DNA from: a virus
DNA: 64,000 bases
Virus record (IMG/VR): IMGVR_UViG_3300010354_000046
Coordinates: 32,001-96,000 of that record
Strand: one strand, 5' to 3'
The position numbers and the translations under genes were made by a program. Below the pieces are notes generated by a model. That model was not told the DNA's origin, made no database searches, and was given only the letters and a program-made list of their open reading frames with translations. Below are positions 1 through 8,646 of this stretch, piece after piece. Each line of letters begins with the position of its first letter. The first letter of the stretch is position 1.

Positions 1-480
1 ACTCCTCTTGAAAAGAAGTCAGTTGAATACTTTGTTGATGTATTCGAACGTTTACCAGACGGTACTATTCGAGGCTTCGATGTTACAGAAGTTTGGCGTT
101 GGGGCTACGGCTTTAGAGAAGAAGACGATCCAGTTTGGAAGTTTGAAGCAGAAGGTAATAACGGTGTACATTGCCGACCAGAAGTAGGTTGGGGTTGTGA
201 ACTAGACGATCTTATTGCAGTCTATGTAAATTTTAGTGATGGGTTTACTGATGAAGAACGTGCAGATATCGAAGCACTTTGCCGAGGCGAAAAAGAAGAC
301 GAAGATGGACGTTGGGGTACTGCTTGGATCTACGACGGTGACCATAATTGGGAAATCGAGGACGACCATGTGCGTATAATCGGGCCAGTAAAAATTGATC
401 TAGTAGACGCTAATGGTTATGGAGATACGGCTATCCTGGAAGAAAATGTAGCACCCTATGTAGATGAGGACGACAAATGA
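1..480 (+). CDS. hypothetical phage protein, 5' truncated by window edge
   Basis: Open frame 1 from base 1 (TPLEKKSVEYFVDV...) to TGA at 478-480, overlapping the next ATG. Confidence 0.75.
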   Translation, partial: TPLEKKSVEYFVDVFERLPDGTIRGFDVTEVWRWGYGFREEDDPVWKFEAEGNNGVHCRPEVGWGCELDDLIAVYVNFSDGFTDEERADIEALCRGEKEDEDGRWGTAWIYDGDHNWEIEDDHVRIIGPVKIDLVDANGYGDTAILEENVAPYVDEDDK

Positions 481-812
481 AATGGTTTGACAAATGGTTT
501 TATCGGCAGGCCAAAAAGGCTTGGGCAAACAAAGATCGATTTGATGAAGAAGAAGCAGTTCAACTGAAAGAAAGGGTAAACAGAAAAATGTCAGGATTAC
601 AAATTGGCACCGCAATGGTAGAACGGGGCGCAGTCGAAGGGCAAGATCGCATTAGTTTTGAATTGACCAGTGCCGTAGGCGGACGTATTTTAAATGTGCG
701 TCGTTACGATGAACGCAAGGATCAACACACCACTCAAACTTATGTTATTCCCACTGGCGAAGATGTAGGCGCTAGGGTAGCTAAGATTATCAATTTGGAA
801 CTGATTAAATAA
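477..812 (+). CDS. hypothetical phage protein
   Basis: 111 aa ORF, ATGA overlap with upstream gene, GAGG upstream. Confidence 0.75.
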   Translation: MKWFDKWFYRQAKKAWANKDRFDEEEAVQLKERVNRKMSGLQIGTAMVERGAVEGQDRISFELTSAVGGRILNVRRYDERKDQHTTQTYVIPTGEDVGARVAKIINLELIK

Positions 813-831
813 TTATTTAGGAACTAACATC

Positions 832-1197
832 ATGGAAGTCTTGTTTTGGGATACTCTTATTGTAGGCGCATGCATTTGGGTTGGCTGGCATCTGCGTGGT
901 ATTGTGCTGATGAAAAACATACTGAGCGATCCAGATCGTATGATCAAATTGATTGAAGAAGTCAAGCGCATTAACAATGAAGAACCTTCCAAATCTTCTG
1001 AAGGTGCCCGGCGCATACGCATAGAAAAACACGGTGAAGAACTCTATTTGTTTGCTGAAGACAATGATGAATTCCTAGCACAGGCGCCCACTCTTCAAGA
1101 AGCACTGGATCGAATTGAAAAGCGTTTTCCTGGGGATAACTTTAAAGGCATCATTCGTAAGGAAGATGCAGAGAAATGGGGAATCTCTGTCAAATAA
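832..1197 (+). CDS. hypothetical protein with N-terminal membrane anchor
   Basis: 121 aa ORF, AGGA RBS, TAAATA at 806-811. Confidence 0.7.
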   Translation: MEVLFWDTLIVGACIWVGWHLRGIVLMKNILSDPDRMIKLIEEVKRINNEEPSKSSEGARRIRIEKHGEELYLFAEDNDEFLAQAPTLQEALDRIEKRFPGDNFKGIIRKEDAEKWGISVK

Positions 1198-1211
1198 GTT
1201 TGCCAATAGTG

Positions 1212-1240
1212 TTGACCTCAGGGTCAGCGTTTGCTATACT
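1212..1240 (+). promoter_or_regulatory. sigma70-type promoter with inverted repeat over the -35
   Basis: TTGACC-17 nt-TATACT; TGACC-tcag-GGTCA palindrome at 1213-1226. Confidence 0.7.
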
Positions 1241-1288
1241 GTGAATATGTTAGCTAATCACTAACACACACTTATAAGAGGAAAAAAT

Positions 1289-1561
1289 ATGATTAAGCAA
1301 TTTAACCCAGAGACAAAGACTTTCAAGTTGTTCAACGCATTGTACAATGGCGAAGCGGTTACTCCTGCTCAGGCAGAAAAGCGTTTTGGTATCAAGAATA
1401 TCAGCGCAGAAGTTAGCCGCATCCGTCAAAACGGTTATGCAGTTTATGCCAACAACCGTAAGGCAGGTAACGGTGTACAGGTTACTGAATATGTAATTGG
1501 CAAGCCAAGCCGCAAGCTGGTTGCCGCAGGTTACAAGGCAATGTCTTTGGGTCTTGTCTAA
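1289..1561 (+). CDS. winged helix-turn-helix DNA-binding protein
   Basis: LFNALYNGEAVTPAQAEKRFGIKNISAEVSRIRQNGY pattern; GAGG RBS; own promoter and terminator. Confidence 0.7.
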   Translation: MIKQFNPETKTFKLFNALYNGEAVTPAQAEKRFGIKNISAEVSRIRQNGYAVYANNRKAGNGVQVTEYVIGKPSRKLVAAGYKAMSLGLV

Positions 1562-1579
1562 TAAGACTAACACTCAACC

Positions 1580-1609
1580 AAAAAGCTCAGCTGTTGCTGG
1601 GCTTTTTTT
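1580..1609 (+). terminator. intrinsic terminator
   Basis: AAAAAGCTCAGC-tgtt-GCTGGGCTTTTTTT hairpin with T-run. Confidence 0.75.
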
Positions 1610-1620
1610 ATACATATACA

Positions 1621-1926
1621 ATGCATCAAATAACAGATACAATCGTAGACATTTATCGTTGGGCGGAAAGGGATTACCGTGAATGGCCTTTTAGGTTTGG
1701 CATTGAAGTTTTTGCTTGGGCTATCAGCATTGGCAATAGTCTTGTTATGGCTCTTACCGTACCTAATCCCCCTCTTATTGTTCTTTATCCTATTTGGATT
1801 GTTGGCTGTGCTATGTACGGCTGGGCTAGTTGGACTCGCGGTAGCTTTGGTATGTTGGCCAATTATATTCTATTGGTTACTATTGATAGTGTAGGACTGG
1901 CACGTATGATTGCTGAACGACTATGA
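1621..1926 (+). CDS. small multi-pass membrane protein
   Basis: Three hydrophobic segments; start at ATG 1621 downstream of the terminator. Confidence 0.65.
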   Translation: MHQITDTIVDIYRWAERDYREWPFRFGIEVFAWAISIGNSLVMALTVPNPPLIVLYPIWIVGCAMYGWASWTRGSFGMLANYILLVTIDSVGLARMIAERL

Positions 1927-2552
1927 GCAACTGTAGACAGTTTGAACGCACGCCAGGGTATCTCATTGACAAGCTATCACCTGCACAACTGCATCCTATT
2001 TGGCGTGAAGTCCGAGACATACAGGCCAGCAATTTTTCTGCGGCCAAGAACAATGACTATCTAACTGGCAACATTCAACATCAATATCAGTTGACCTGTG
2101 GTGAATACGTGGAACATCTGCTGGCGCCCAGGGTCAATGAATATGTACAGACCTTTGGTTATCAGCACAAACTACAGCACTTGGCCGAACCCCGGCCCTT
2201 GAAGATAGCCGATAGAGATCTTTGGGTAAACTTTCAACAACGCTATGAGTTCAATCCACCGCATCACCATTCGGGTATTTTTAGCTTTGTAATTTGGCTA
2301 CAAATACCCTATACCACAGAGGCGGAATTGGCCGCAGGTCCTGGGCACGAGGGGTTTGAGCCGCAGAACGGACAGTTTGTATTTTTGTATGTGGACAGCC
2401 TAGGTCAGATACGGCCTGAACGTTTGGCCGTTGATCGCGCCTGGGAAGGATCAATCTGTGTATTTCCCGCAGAACTTACACACTATGTTAACCCATTTTA
2501 CTCCAGTGATGATTATCGCATAACTGTAGCAGGAAATTTAAAATATGTATAA
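1923..2552 (+). CDS. putative 2OG-Fe(II) oxygenase (TIGR02466-like)
   Basis: WVNFQ..EFNPPHHHSG.FSFVIW and FPAELTHYVNPF...RITVAGN motifs. Confidence 0.8.
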   Translation: MSNCRQFERTPGYLIDKLSPAQLHPIWREVRDIQASNFSAAKNNDYLTGNIQHQYQLTCGEYVEHLLAPRVNEYVQTFGYQHKLQHLAEPRPLKIADRDLWVNFQQRYEFNPPHHHSGIFSFVIWLQIPYTTEAELAAGPGHEGFEPQNGQFVFLYVDSLGQIRPERLAVDRAWEGSICVFPAELTHYVNPFYSSDDYRITVAGNLKYV

Positions 2553-2718
2553 AAAACCCGAAATTTACACCGCCAGAACAGGACCTGAGTTTCTAGTTCT
2601 AGAACACTATGATCTAGAAGGAGACCCTTGGGTTCGTTACCGCAATCAACAGACCAAACAAGAGTACACATGCAGACTAGAAGCATTCTTACAGCGATTT
2701 TCGCCCTTAGCTGCCTAA
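2545..2718 (+). CDS. 57 aa hypothetical protein (not in ORF track)
   Basis: ATG 2545 to TAA 2718, MYKKPEIYTARTG...FLQRFSPLAA; fills the gap between genes. Confidence 0.55.
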   Translation: MYKKPEIYTARTGPEFLVLEHYDLEGDPWVRYRNQQTKQEYTCRLEAFLQRFSPLAA

Positions 2719-2894
2719 CAGGCTGCGGCACCTACTCTGTGGCCAGTGGTGCAGTTTGGCTTGCAACAGAACGCACAGCCACTGATTGGGTCATGTCGGG
2801 CTTAACTGGTGCAGACTGTCGTACACAGCACCTAGTCCAGGATAAATATGTCTGCGAACAGCCTGTGGTCTATAACCAATCAGGCATTGACTAA
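2670..2894 (+). CDS. putative lipoprotein
   Basis: MQTRSILTAIFALSCLTGC signal peptide with LTGC lipobox. Confidence 0.6.
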   Translation: MQTRSILTAIFALSCLTGCGTYSVASGAVWLATERTATDWVMSGLTGADCRTQHLVQDKYVCEQPVVYNQSGID

Positions 2895-2916
2895 ATACAG
2901 TATAGGAGATATCAAT

Positions 2917-3252
2917 ATGACTATGACTTGGGGAATCGTTGCACGTAGTCGCAGCACTGGCATACAGATTCGTAAACCCTTGGCGGAACCCTACACTGAT
3001 CCAGGGTCTGCTCAGGCAGCTGCTGATGCTTGGACCCTAGAGCTCAACACTGAGCAGAAGTTTGGCCTGAACGATTGGCTAGCACGTTACGATGCTGCGT
3101 CAGGCGGACCCACAGAAAACAACATCAATCCCGCAATGGCCCAGCATCCTGCACATGCCCAACCTGATCAGCCTGCCCAAGTGAATCACGCGGCCTATCG
3201 CAGTGAGCAACCGGGAGCCCAGGGCTATACCGGTATGAACGGCAGACTCTAA
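2917..3252 (+). CDS. hypothetical protein (paralog of 3253-3465)
   Basis: AGGAG RBS and TAAATA upstream of ATG 2917. Confidence 0.65.
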   Translation: MTMTWGIVARSRSTGIQIRKPLAEPYTDPGSAQAAADAWTLELNTEQKFGLNDWLARYDAASGGPTENNINPAMAQHPAHAQPDQPAQVNHAAYRSEQPGAQGYTGMNGRL

Positions 3253-3465
3253 ATGGAATACATAGTTCAAGCTCGCAGTCCCAGCCTGGGCTATACCATC
3301 AGAGAACTACAGTTGGAAAGCCCAGCTATCCAACGCAGAGATTTGGCCCTACAGTTTGCTGAGAGTTTTGCTGCTAGACTGAACCAGCAGCGACACATGA
3401 ATCAATCAGACTGGATCGCTGAAATCGATCAGATAGATCCTCTTTATCACGCACGTACACTCTAA
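3253..3465 (+). CDS. hypothetical protein (paralog of 2917-3252)
   Basis: Abuts both neighbours; shared ARS..G..IR and LN......DW.A pattern. Confidence 0.65.
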   Translation: MEYIVQARSPSLGYTIRELQLESPAIQRRDLALQFAESFAARLNQQRHMNQSDWIAEIDQIDPLYHARTL

Positions 3466-3825
3466 ATGCAGGCGCCAGAGCAACTCCTACGCTATGGCCC
3501 TCAAGAGCCTCAGATACAGGGCACCAGACCACGTTGGCGCATCACAGCAGCACACATCCTAGTACAGGATAGGCGCATGGCCCTACAGATACTAGAGTGG
3601 TTGGCAGAAACAGTTCCCGAAAATCAACACGCCTGCTTTGAAAACCTAGCGGCCATGTACAGTGAATGTGGCAGCTGTCTCACACACGGCGTTATTGGTC
3701 TAGTAGAACCCGGGCAAACAGACCCCGAATTTGAACGAGCACTATGCAGGCTAAGACCCGGAGAATGGTCGAAAGAACCTGTTGAAACCTCCTGGGGATG
3801 GCACGTGGTAGCACGTATCGAATAA
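3466..3825 (+). CDS. parvulin-type peptidyl-prolyl isomerase (PpiC-like)
   Basis: AAHILV, FENLAAMYSEC, PEFE, PVETSWGWHVV parvulin motifs. Confidence 0.8.
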   Translation: MQAPEQLLRYGPQEPQIQGTRPRWRITAAHILVQDRRMALQILEWLAETVPENQHACFENLAAMYSECGSCLTHGVIGLVEPGQTDPEFERALCRLRPGEWSKEPVETSWGWHVVARIE

Positions 3826-3945
3826 GCCGCGAAGCGGTAGCGCCAGCGCAAAAATTTATAAGAGTCGATACAGCCGCTGCCACAAAGGAGCAGCAGCCGT
3901 ATCTCCAGACGTGGGATTAAATACTGTATACTAGGAGCCGCAACT

Positions 3946-4158
3946 ATGACCCACAAAGAACGTGTAGATTGGATATTGGATATCATGGGTCAAGTAAACC
4001 CCTACAAGCGTCAAGAAGCTAATCGTAAAGGTGAGTTCTACATATACAACATGGGCTATCTCGCCAGCTTTTTAGCTAGTAAAATGGAAGAAGATCCATT
4101 TATAGCACGTGAGTTCTTTCGTCATGCACAAGAGCAAACGAAAGGCAAGTTACGATAA
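3946..4158 (+). CDS. hypothetical protein
   Basis: AGGAG RBS; TAAATA at 3918-3923. Confidence 0.7.
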   Translation: MTHKERVDWILDIMGQVNPYKRQEANRKGEFYIYNMGYLASFLASKMEEDPFIAREFFRHAQEQTKGKLR

Positions 4159-4165
4159 CGACACG

Positions 4166-4567
4166 GAGACCCCGCTGTGACTACTAGCACTATACACTAG
4201 TTAGATACTGATCATACTTGAGTAAAAGCCAAGTAACAGCTGAACTGGGTTCACAATCAATACGCCAAATCCAATAGTGATTGTCCACTACTATATAACG
4301 CCCACAGCTCATAGTAATTGAGTGCTGTTGACAATATAGATAGATCTCATCCATGGACGGATCATCTGATTCCAAAGTAACTACTAGTCTCATAGTATAG
4401 TTATTTACTGCCATGTGCTGCTATTGGAGCGACTAGAAACAACTACTGAGATTGCTTGCAAGCAATCAACTATATGTGTGTGACTTTTATATAGTATACA
4501 GAGACCCCGCTGTGCAGGTCTAGCAGTTTGAGCATATTAGTACGTATATAGGGGAGGCCCCGCTGTG
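4166..4567. repeat. three copies of GAG(A/G)CCCCGCTGTG
   Basis: Copies at 4166-4179, 4501-4514, 4554-4567. Confidence 0.85.
4190..4393 (-). CDS. hypothetical protein
   Basis: ORF from MRLVV with TAAATA just upstream on the minus strand. Confidence 0.5.
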   Translation of the reverse strand: MRLVVTLESDDPSMDEIYLYCQQHSITMSCGRYIVVDNHYWIWRIDCEPSSAVTWLLLKYDQYLTSV

Positions 4568-4615
4568 GGCAACCAGGGTTCGGGCACAATGCGTGGAGAT
4601 TGGAGTAGGATAGCG

Positions 4616-4798
4616 GAATTGTAGAGAATTGTAGAGAAATGTGGGAGAAGTGGGAGTAACCATTTTAACTATGCCCATTTTGACCTCGACTCTGCTATTC
4701 TAGGACCACCGTGCCTGGGCACCGTGCGGCCTGATTGTGGCTCACAACCTAGAAACCGTCACACAATTTCACACTTTTTCACACTTTTCAGCACTTTT
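4616..4798. repeat. two oppositely oriented tandem arrays of about 10-bp units; origin or terminus candidate
   Basis: GAATTGTAGA x2 plus 2 degenerate units at 4616-4655; TCACAC(A/T)(A/T)TT x3 plus 1 degenerate unit at 4759-4798. Confidence 0.7.
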
Positions 4799-4952
4799 GT
4801 CAGATCTGGCCTTGCGTGTAGACATCACTATGCATGGTGCCATGATCTAGTTTGCACTTTTCTACACTCAATACAGTATATACTCTACTACAGTAGTCAC
4901 ACGGTATCCAACTATTCTAACCACTAGATAGGCTCGAACCGTTAAATACTAT

Positions 4953-5153
4953 ATGGACATCAGTAATAATAACATGATTACACTGGCTCACGTTCGTGTA
5001 GCCAACAGTGAAGTCAACATCTATATCAGTTATTGTGTAGCCAGTCAGAATGTTCATATATTCAAATATAATGACTGTGCCTGTGACTATGGTGTATTCG
5101 ATAATCAGGCGGATGCTTGTGAATTTATAGCAGAAAAGTTACCTAAATATTAA
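4953..5153 (+). CDS. hypothetical protein
   Basis: 66 aa ORF; TAAATA 4 nt upstream of ATG. Confidence 0.55.
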   Translation: MDISNNNMITLAHVRVANSEVNIYISYCVASQNVHIFKYNDCACDYGVFDNQADACEFIAEKLPKY

Positions 5154-5390
5154 GAGGACCCAATGGGGCGTTTAGAATCAGTTGTGGCGGTATTAATCAT
5201 CATTGTATCGGCCATAATCATTATACCATTTATATAGGCGGGGGCGGGGTATTATAATAAAAATACCCAAACCAATATGATTAGTTAGTGCCCGCTAACT
5301 TAAAATAACTCGTGCAGCCTCGCCGTCCATCCCCAGAATGCCTGTTCGAACGCACGGTACCGTTTGTGGGGTATTTCTTATTATGTGACT

Positions 5391-5419
5391 ATTATACTGT
5401 CTTTTGGGGTCGCTGTCAA
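5391..5419 (-). promoter_or_regulatory. perfect-consensus sigma70 promoter firing leftward
   Basis: Minus strand ttcggTTGACA-17 nt-TATAAT; no convincing ORF downstream. Confidence 0.8.
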
Positions 5420-5505
5420 CCGAAAGCATAAAGACCCTTCGTTGTGTCGGGGTTCTTGACATTTTGGGCCGTTTACAGTATAATAGCATTTTAAGGGAGC
5501 ACAAT

Positions 5506-5634
5506 ATGTCAGAAGCAAAAGCCGCATTGTATGCAAAGCTCGCAAGTTTGCAAGCACTAACAGACTTAGACGACGACCTCATGCAAGACGCTATTAGTGC
5601 GCTCGCACAAGCCATAGAAGACCATGTAGCGTAA
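5506..5634 (+). CDS. 42 aa early hypothetical protein
   Basis: Promoter 5456, GGGAGC RBS, ATG 5506. Confidence 0.65.
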   Translation: MSEAKAALYAKLASLQALTDLDDDLMQDAISALAQAIEDHVA

Positions 5635-5728
5635 ACGCAACGGTCGAGTGCGGCCAAAGACCCTTCGGTTGACTGGGTCTTTGTTTTGTGCTATAATATA
5701 TGCATAAGTTAAGGAATTGGAGCGAACA

Positions 5729-6055
5729 ATGGCCCGTAACCGCAAGATCCGTAGTGATTGCAATTATATCATCTATGAGGCAGTATCTGCTACGGGTGAA
5801 AACTACATTGGCTTGACACGTAAGTCCGAGTCCACTGTCCGCAAGTCGGTGCTAGAGCGTTGGCGTAAGCATCGGAGCCGTGCTCGTAACGAGAACCGCT
5901 TGTGGGCCCTGTATGTCTACTTGAAGACTGGCGGCTTGGACCTCGCTTGGGAACATCGCGTTCTAGAGATCGTACGTGGCCGCCGGGAAGCCTACGCCCG
6001 TGAACGTGAGATTGTCAAGGCTTTGGCACCATCGCTGAACGATCAGTACCTATAA
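5729..6055 (+). CDS. GIY-YIG nuclease family protein
   Basis: YIIY...NYIGLT...ERWRKH...ARERE motifs; GGAGCGAA RBS. Confidence 0.75.
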   Translation: MARNRKIRSDCNYIIYEAVSATGENYIGLTRKSESTVRKSVLERWRKHRSRARNENRLWALYVYLKTGGLDLAWEHRVLEIVRGRREAYAREREIVKALAPSLNDQYL

Positions 6056-6124
6056 CCTTTCGGTTGACATGGGTACTGATTCCTGCTATAATTAAGGCTA
6101 CAGTAAACGAACAAGGAGCGAAAC

Positions 6125-6850
6125 ATGTTCAAATTGCTTTCCACAGCTAATCCCAAAATCCAAAAGGGCACGGCTCACGGCTATCTGTCGTTCATCCTGC
6201 ATCTTGCACCTGCTGACTTGTCGGGCAAGGAAGTCTGCCCTAAGCGGACCAAGGGTTGCACGGACGCCTGCTTGAATACGGCAGGGCGTGGCGGTATGTT
6301 CAAACGTGGTGAAACTACCAACGTGATCCAAAAGGCACGTATTCGCAAGACCCGTTACTTCTTTGAGAACCGTGACGCTTTCATGGCAGATTTGGTTGAG
6401 GACATCATGCGGGCTGTGAACTTTGCACGCCGCAAGGGTTTGACGCCCGTGTTCCGCTTAAATGGTACATCGGACTTGAGCTGGGAGAAGTACCCAGTTC
6501 CCAACCATGGCAAGAACATCTTTGACGCTTTCAGTACACTACAGTTCTACGACTACACCAAGGTCCTGGGCCGTAAGACAAAGGACATCCCCAACTACCA
6601 CTTGACATTCAGTGCCGCAGAGGACAATCAAGAGGATGTGGTTAACGCTATGATCCAGGGCATGAATGTTGCAATGGTATTTGATCGGCTCCCAGAGACT
6701 TACATGGGCAAGCCCGTGTTCAATGCAGATGAAACGGATCTGCGCTTTTTGGATCCCAAAGGTGTTATACTTGGGCTCAAAGCCAAGGGTCGTGCTAAGA
6801 AGGACACTTCGGGCTTCGTGCGCCGTGTGATTGACATCAAGCCCGTTTGA
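6125..6850 (+). CDS. GP88-like phage protein with Cys triad
   Basis: VCPKRTKGCTDACLNTAGRG, FRLNGTSD, FYDYTK, DLRFLDP motifs. Confidence 0.65.
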   Translation: MFKLLSTANPKIQKGTAHGYLSFILHLAPADLSGKEVCPKRTKGCTDACLNTAGRGGMFKRGETTNVIQKARIRKTRYFFENRDAFMADLVEDIMRAVNFARRKGLTPVFRLNGTSDLSWEKYPVPNHGKNIFDAFSTLQFYDYTKVLGRKTKDIPNYHLTFSAAEDNQEDVVNAMIQGMNVAMVFDRLPETYMGKPVFNADETDLRFLDPKGVILGLKAKGRAKKDTSGFVRRVIDIKPV

Positions 6851-6883
6851 TGCTATACTATAGGCTACAGTAAAGGAGCGACA

Positions 6884-7165
6884 ATGAAACAAGACTATAC
6901 CATGTATATCTACAAGACAGATCGTCGTAAAAAGAGCGGCGAGCGTCTTGTCAGCACTACCGTTTGGCGCGATCGTGACCCGGACAGCATGCGTCGCGAG
7001 TGCAACGAACTCTATGATCTGTACCCTGCGACCAAAGGCTACCGGTTTGAGTACGTGCCTACAATGAAGACGGTCAAGAACTTGATGACAGGTCAAGACA
7101 TTCAGATCCCGCATGATACACCTAGATCGTGCGACCCTAGTTCAGAACTCTATTGGAGCATGTGA
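6884..7165 (+). CDS. early hypothetical protein
   Basis: Own promoter and GGAGCG RBS. Confidence 0.8.
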   Translation: MKQDYTMYIYKTDRRKKSGERLVSTTVWRDRDPDSMRRECNELYDLYPATKGYRFEYVPTMKTVKNLMTGQDIQIPHDTPRSCDPSSELYWSM

Positions 7166-7257
7166 TGTGGGAGTTTATTCGATTTTTACAGGTAACCGCC
7201 ATAGTGGCGCTGGGATGGATCATTGCTCTTGTAGCATATCTCCTTAGCCTGTTGTAA
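7165..7257 (+). CDS. 30 aa membrane peptide (not in ORF track)
   Basis: TGATG overlap; MWEFIRFLQVTAIVALGWIIALVAYLLSLL. Confidence 0.45.
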   Translation: MWEFIRFLQVTAIVALGWIIALVAYLLSLL

Positions 7258-7426
7258 TAACCTTTCGGTTGACAGGGTTATTGAAAGATGCTATACTATA
7301 GGCTAAGTTAAAGAAGCAAGGCGATCCTCAAATGCAAGGACCCACGCGAAAGCAAAAAGGGTCGTAGCCAAGGGATACGAAGCGAGTTTGGAGACTCGGC
7401 CTAAGCAAACCAAACTAGGAGCAATC

Positions 7427-7702
7427 ATGGACGTCAAGCAAATCAATCAAGCCATCATGTTCGGTACTTGGACTGATGTAGAGATCTCTAGCATGATCGA
7501 CGCTATCAAGTGGGCTCGCGCCAGTATGGCCAAACGTGTCAAGGCCAGCATGGCACTGGGCGATCCTGTCAAGTTCACTAGCCAAAAGACCGGCATGACC
7601 TATGTGGGCAAGGTAGAGAAGATCGCTGTCAAATACGTGACAGTCAACACGGGTGCAGGTCGCTGGAAGGTGCCCGCTAATATGCTACAGCCTGTGGCAT
7701 AA
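7427..7702 (+). CDS. early hypothetical protein (SH3-like C-terminus possible)
   Basis: AGGAGC RBS before ATG 7427. Confidence 0.75.
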   Translation: MDVKQINQAIMFGTWTDVEISSMIDAIKWARASMAKRVKASMALGDPVKFTSQKTGMTYVGKVEKIAVKYVTVNTGAGRWKVPANMLQPVA

Positions 7703-7786
7703 ACGCAACACAACCAAAGACCCTTTGGTTGACTGGGTCTTTGGTTTGTGCTATAATACGTGTATTGTAAAACAAAGGAGCGAACT

Positions 7787-8020
7787 ATGTTACACAATAC
7801 ACTAGCAAAAGCCCGTTTACAGTTTAATAAAAAACTGGAGATGTATAAACTAATCTGTGCATTTAATGTAACAGAGACAAACAAAAAGGGTCAATTAAAA
7901 TTCCCTGTAGAGAAAAAGTGCAATTATGTCTCGGGACATATAGAACTCTCAGAGCTGCCGCGTGTGCTAGACACAGCAAAAAAGGTCTTGCGTACAAACA
8001 ACATCGTAATCGTAGAATAA
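7787..8020 (+). CDS. early hypothetical protein
   Basis: Own promoter; GGAGCGAA RBS. Confidence 0.75.
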   Translation: MLHNTLAKARLQFNKKLEMYKLICAFNVTETNKKGQLKFPVEKKCNYVSGHIELSELPRVLDTAKKVLRTNNIVIVE

Positions 8021-8030
8021 GGAGCAAACA

Positions 8031-8378
8031 ATGCAAACAGTAAAATTTAACGTTGGGGGCGACGGCCTGTGGTCTAAGGTAAAAGGCTCAGTAGAGATTA
8101 CGGACATGCGTCTGGGCTATGTAGACGAATATAGGGACTTTGGAGAGCTGTGCGTGTACTTTAACACCGAACATTGGGACGTTAACGTTGACGGCTTAAT
8201 TTATACAGACAAGACCTTTAGGCAAGACTTGATACAGTTTTGCAAAGAGCATGGACTTGTGGTAGACCTGTGCTACAGCGAGCAGGGTATGCAGGGAGAC
8301 GACTATGTTAGCTTTGACGTGGGTAGGGACTTTATTGCCAGCTGGGACGCTAAGTTTGGAGTCCCCATTGCTGAATAA
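8031..8378 (+). CDS. early hypothetical protein
   Basis: AAGGAGC RBS; YSEQGMQGDDYVSFDV motif. Confidence 0.8.
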   Translation: MQTVKFNVGGDGLWSKVKGSVEITDMRLGYVDEYRDFGELCVYFNTEHWDVNVDGLIYTDKTFRQDLIQFCKEHGLVVDLCYSEQGMQGDDYVSFDVGRDFIASWDAKFGVPIAE

Positions 8379-8592
8379 TATTTTACAGTGGGCGGGCACA
8401 GCCTGCCTGCTTACCATGTACGTATTAATGTCGTTCTTCCCGAACCTACATCCTTGGAACATTGTCTGCGGAGTACTAGGCGGAGCATGCTATCTAGCAT
8501 GGACTATCCGTGTTGCAAATAAGCCACAGATGCTGGTCAATGCTGTAGCAATAACCATAGGCGCTGTAGGGTTATATCGGGCATGGGCTTGA
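8368..8592 (+). CDS. small membrane protein
   Basis: Three hydrophobic helices; TTG start after GGAG assumed. Confidence 0.6.
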   Translation: MLNNILQWAGTACLLTMYVLMSFFPNLHPWNIVCGVLGGACYLAWTIRVANKPQMLVNAVAITIGAVGLYRAWA

Positions 8593-8646
8593 CACAGCAG
8601 CCAAAAGGCGCTATAATTAAGGCATAGTAAACAAAAGGAGCGAGCG

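Noticed and set aside
4426-4433. GGAGCGAC as another early RBS
   Set aside because: No start codon at a suitable distance and no promoter upstream.
7298-7426. Assignment to a c-di-GMP riboswitch or hammerhead ribozyme
   Set aside because: A GNRA hairpin is present, but I could not find the required conserved cores; kept only as an unassigned structured leader.
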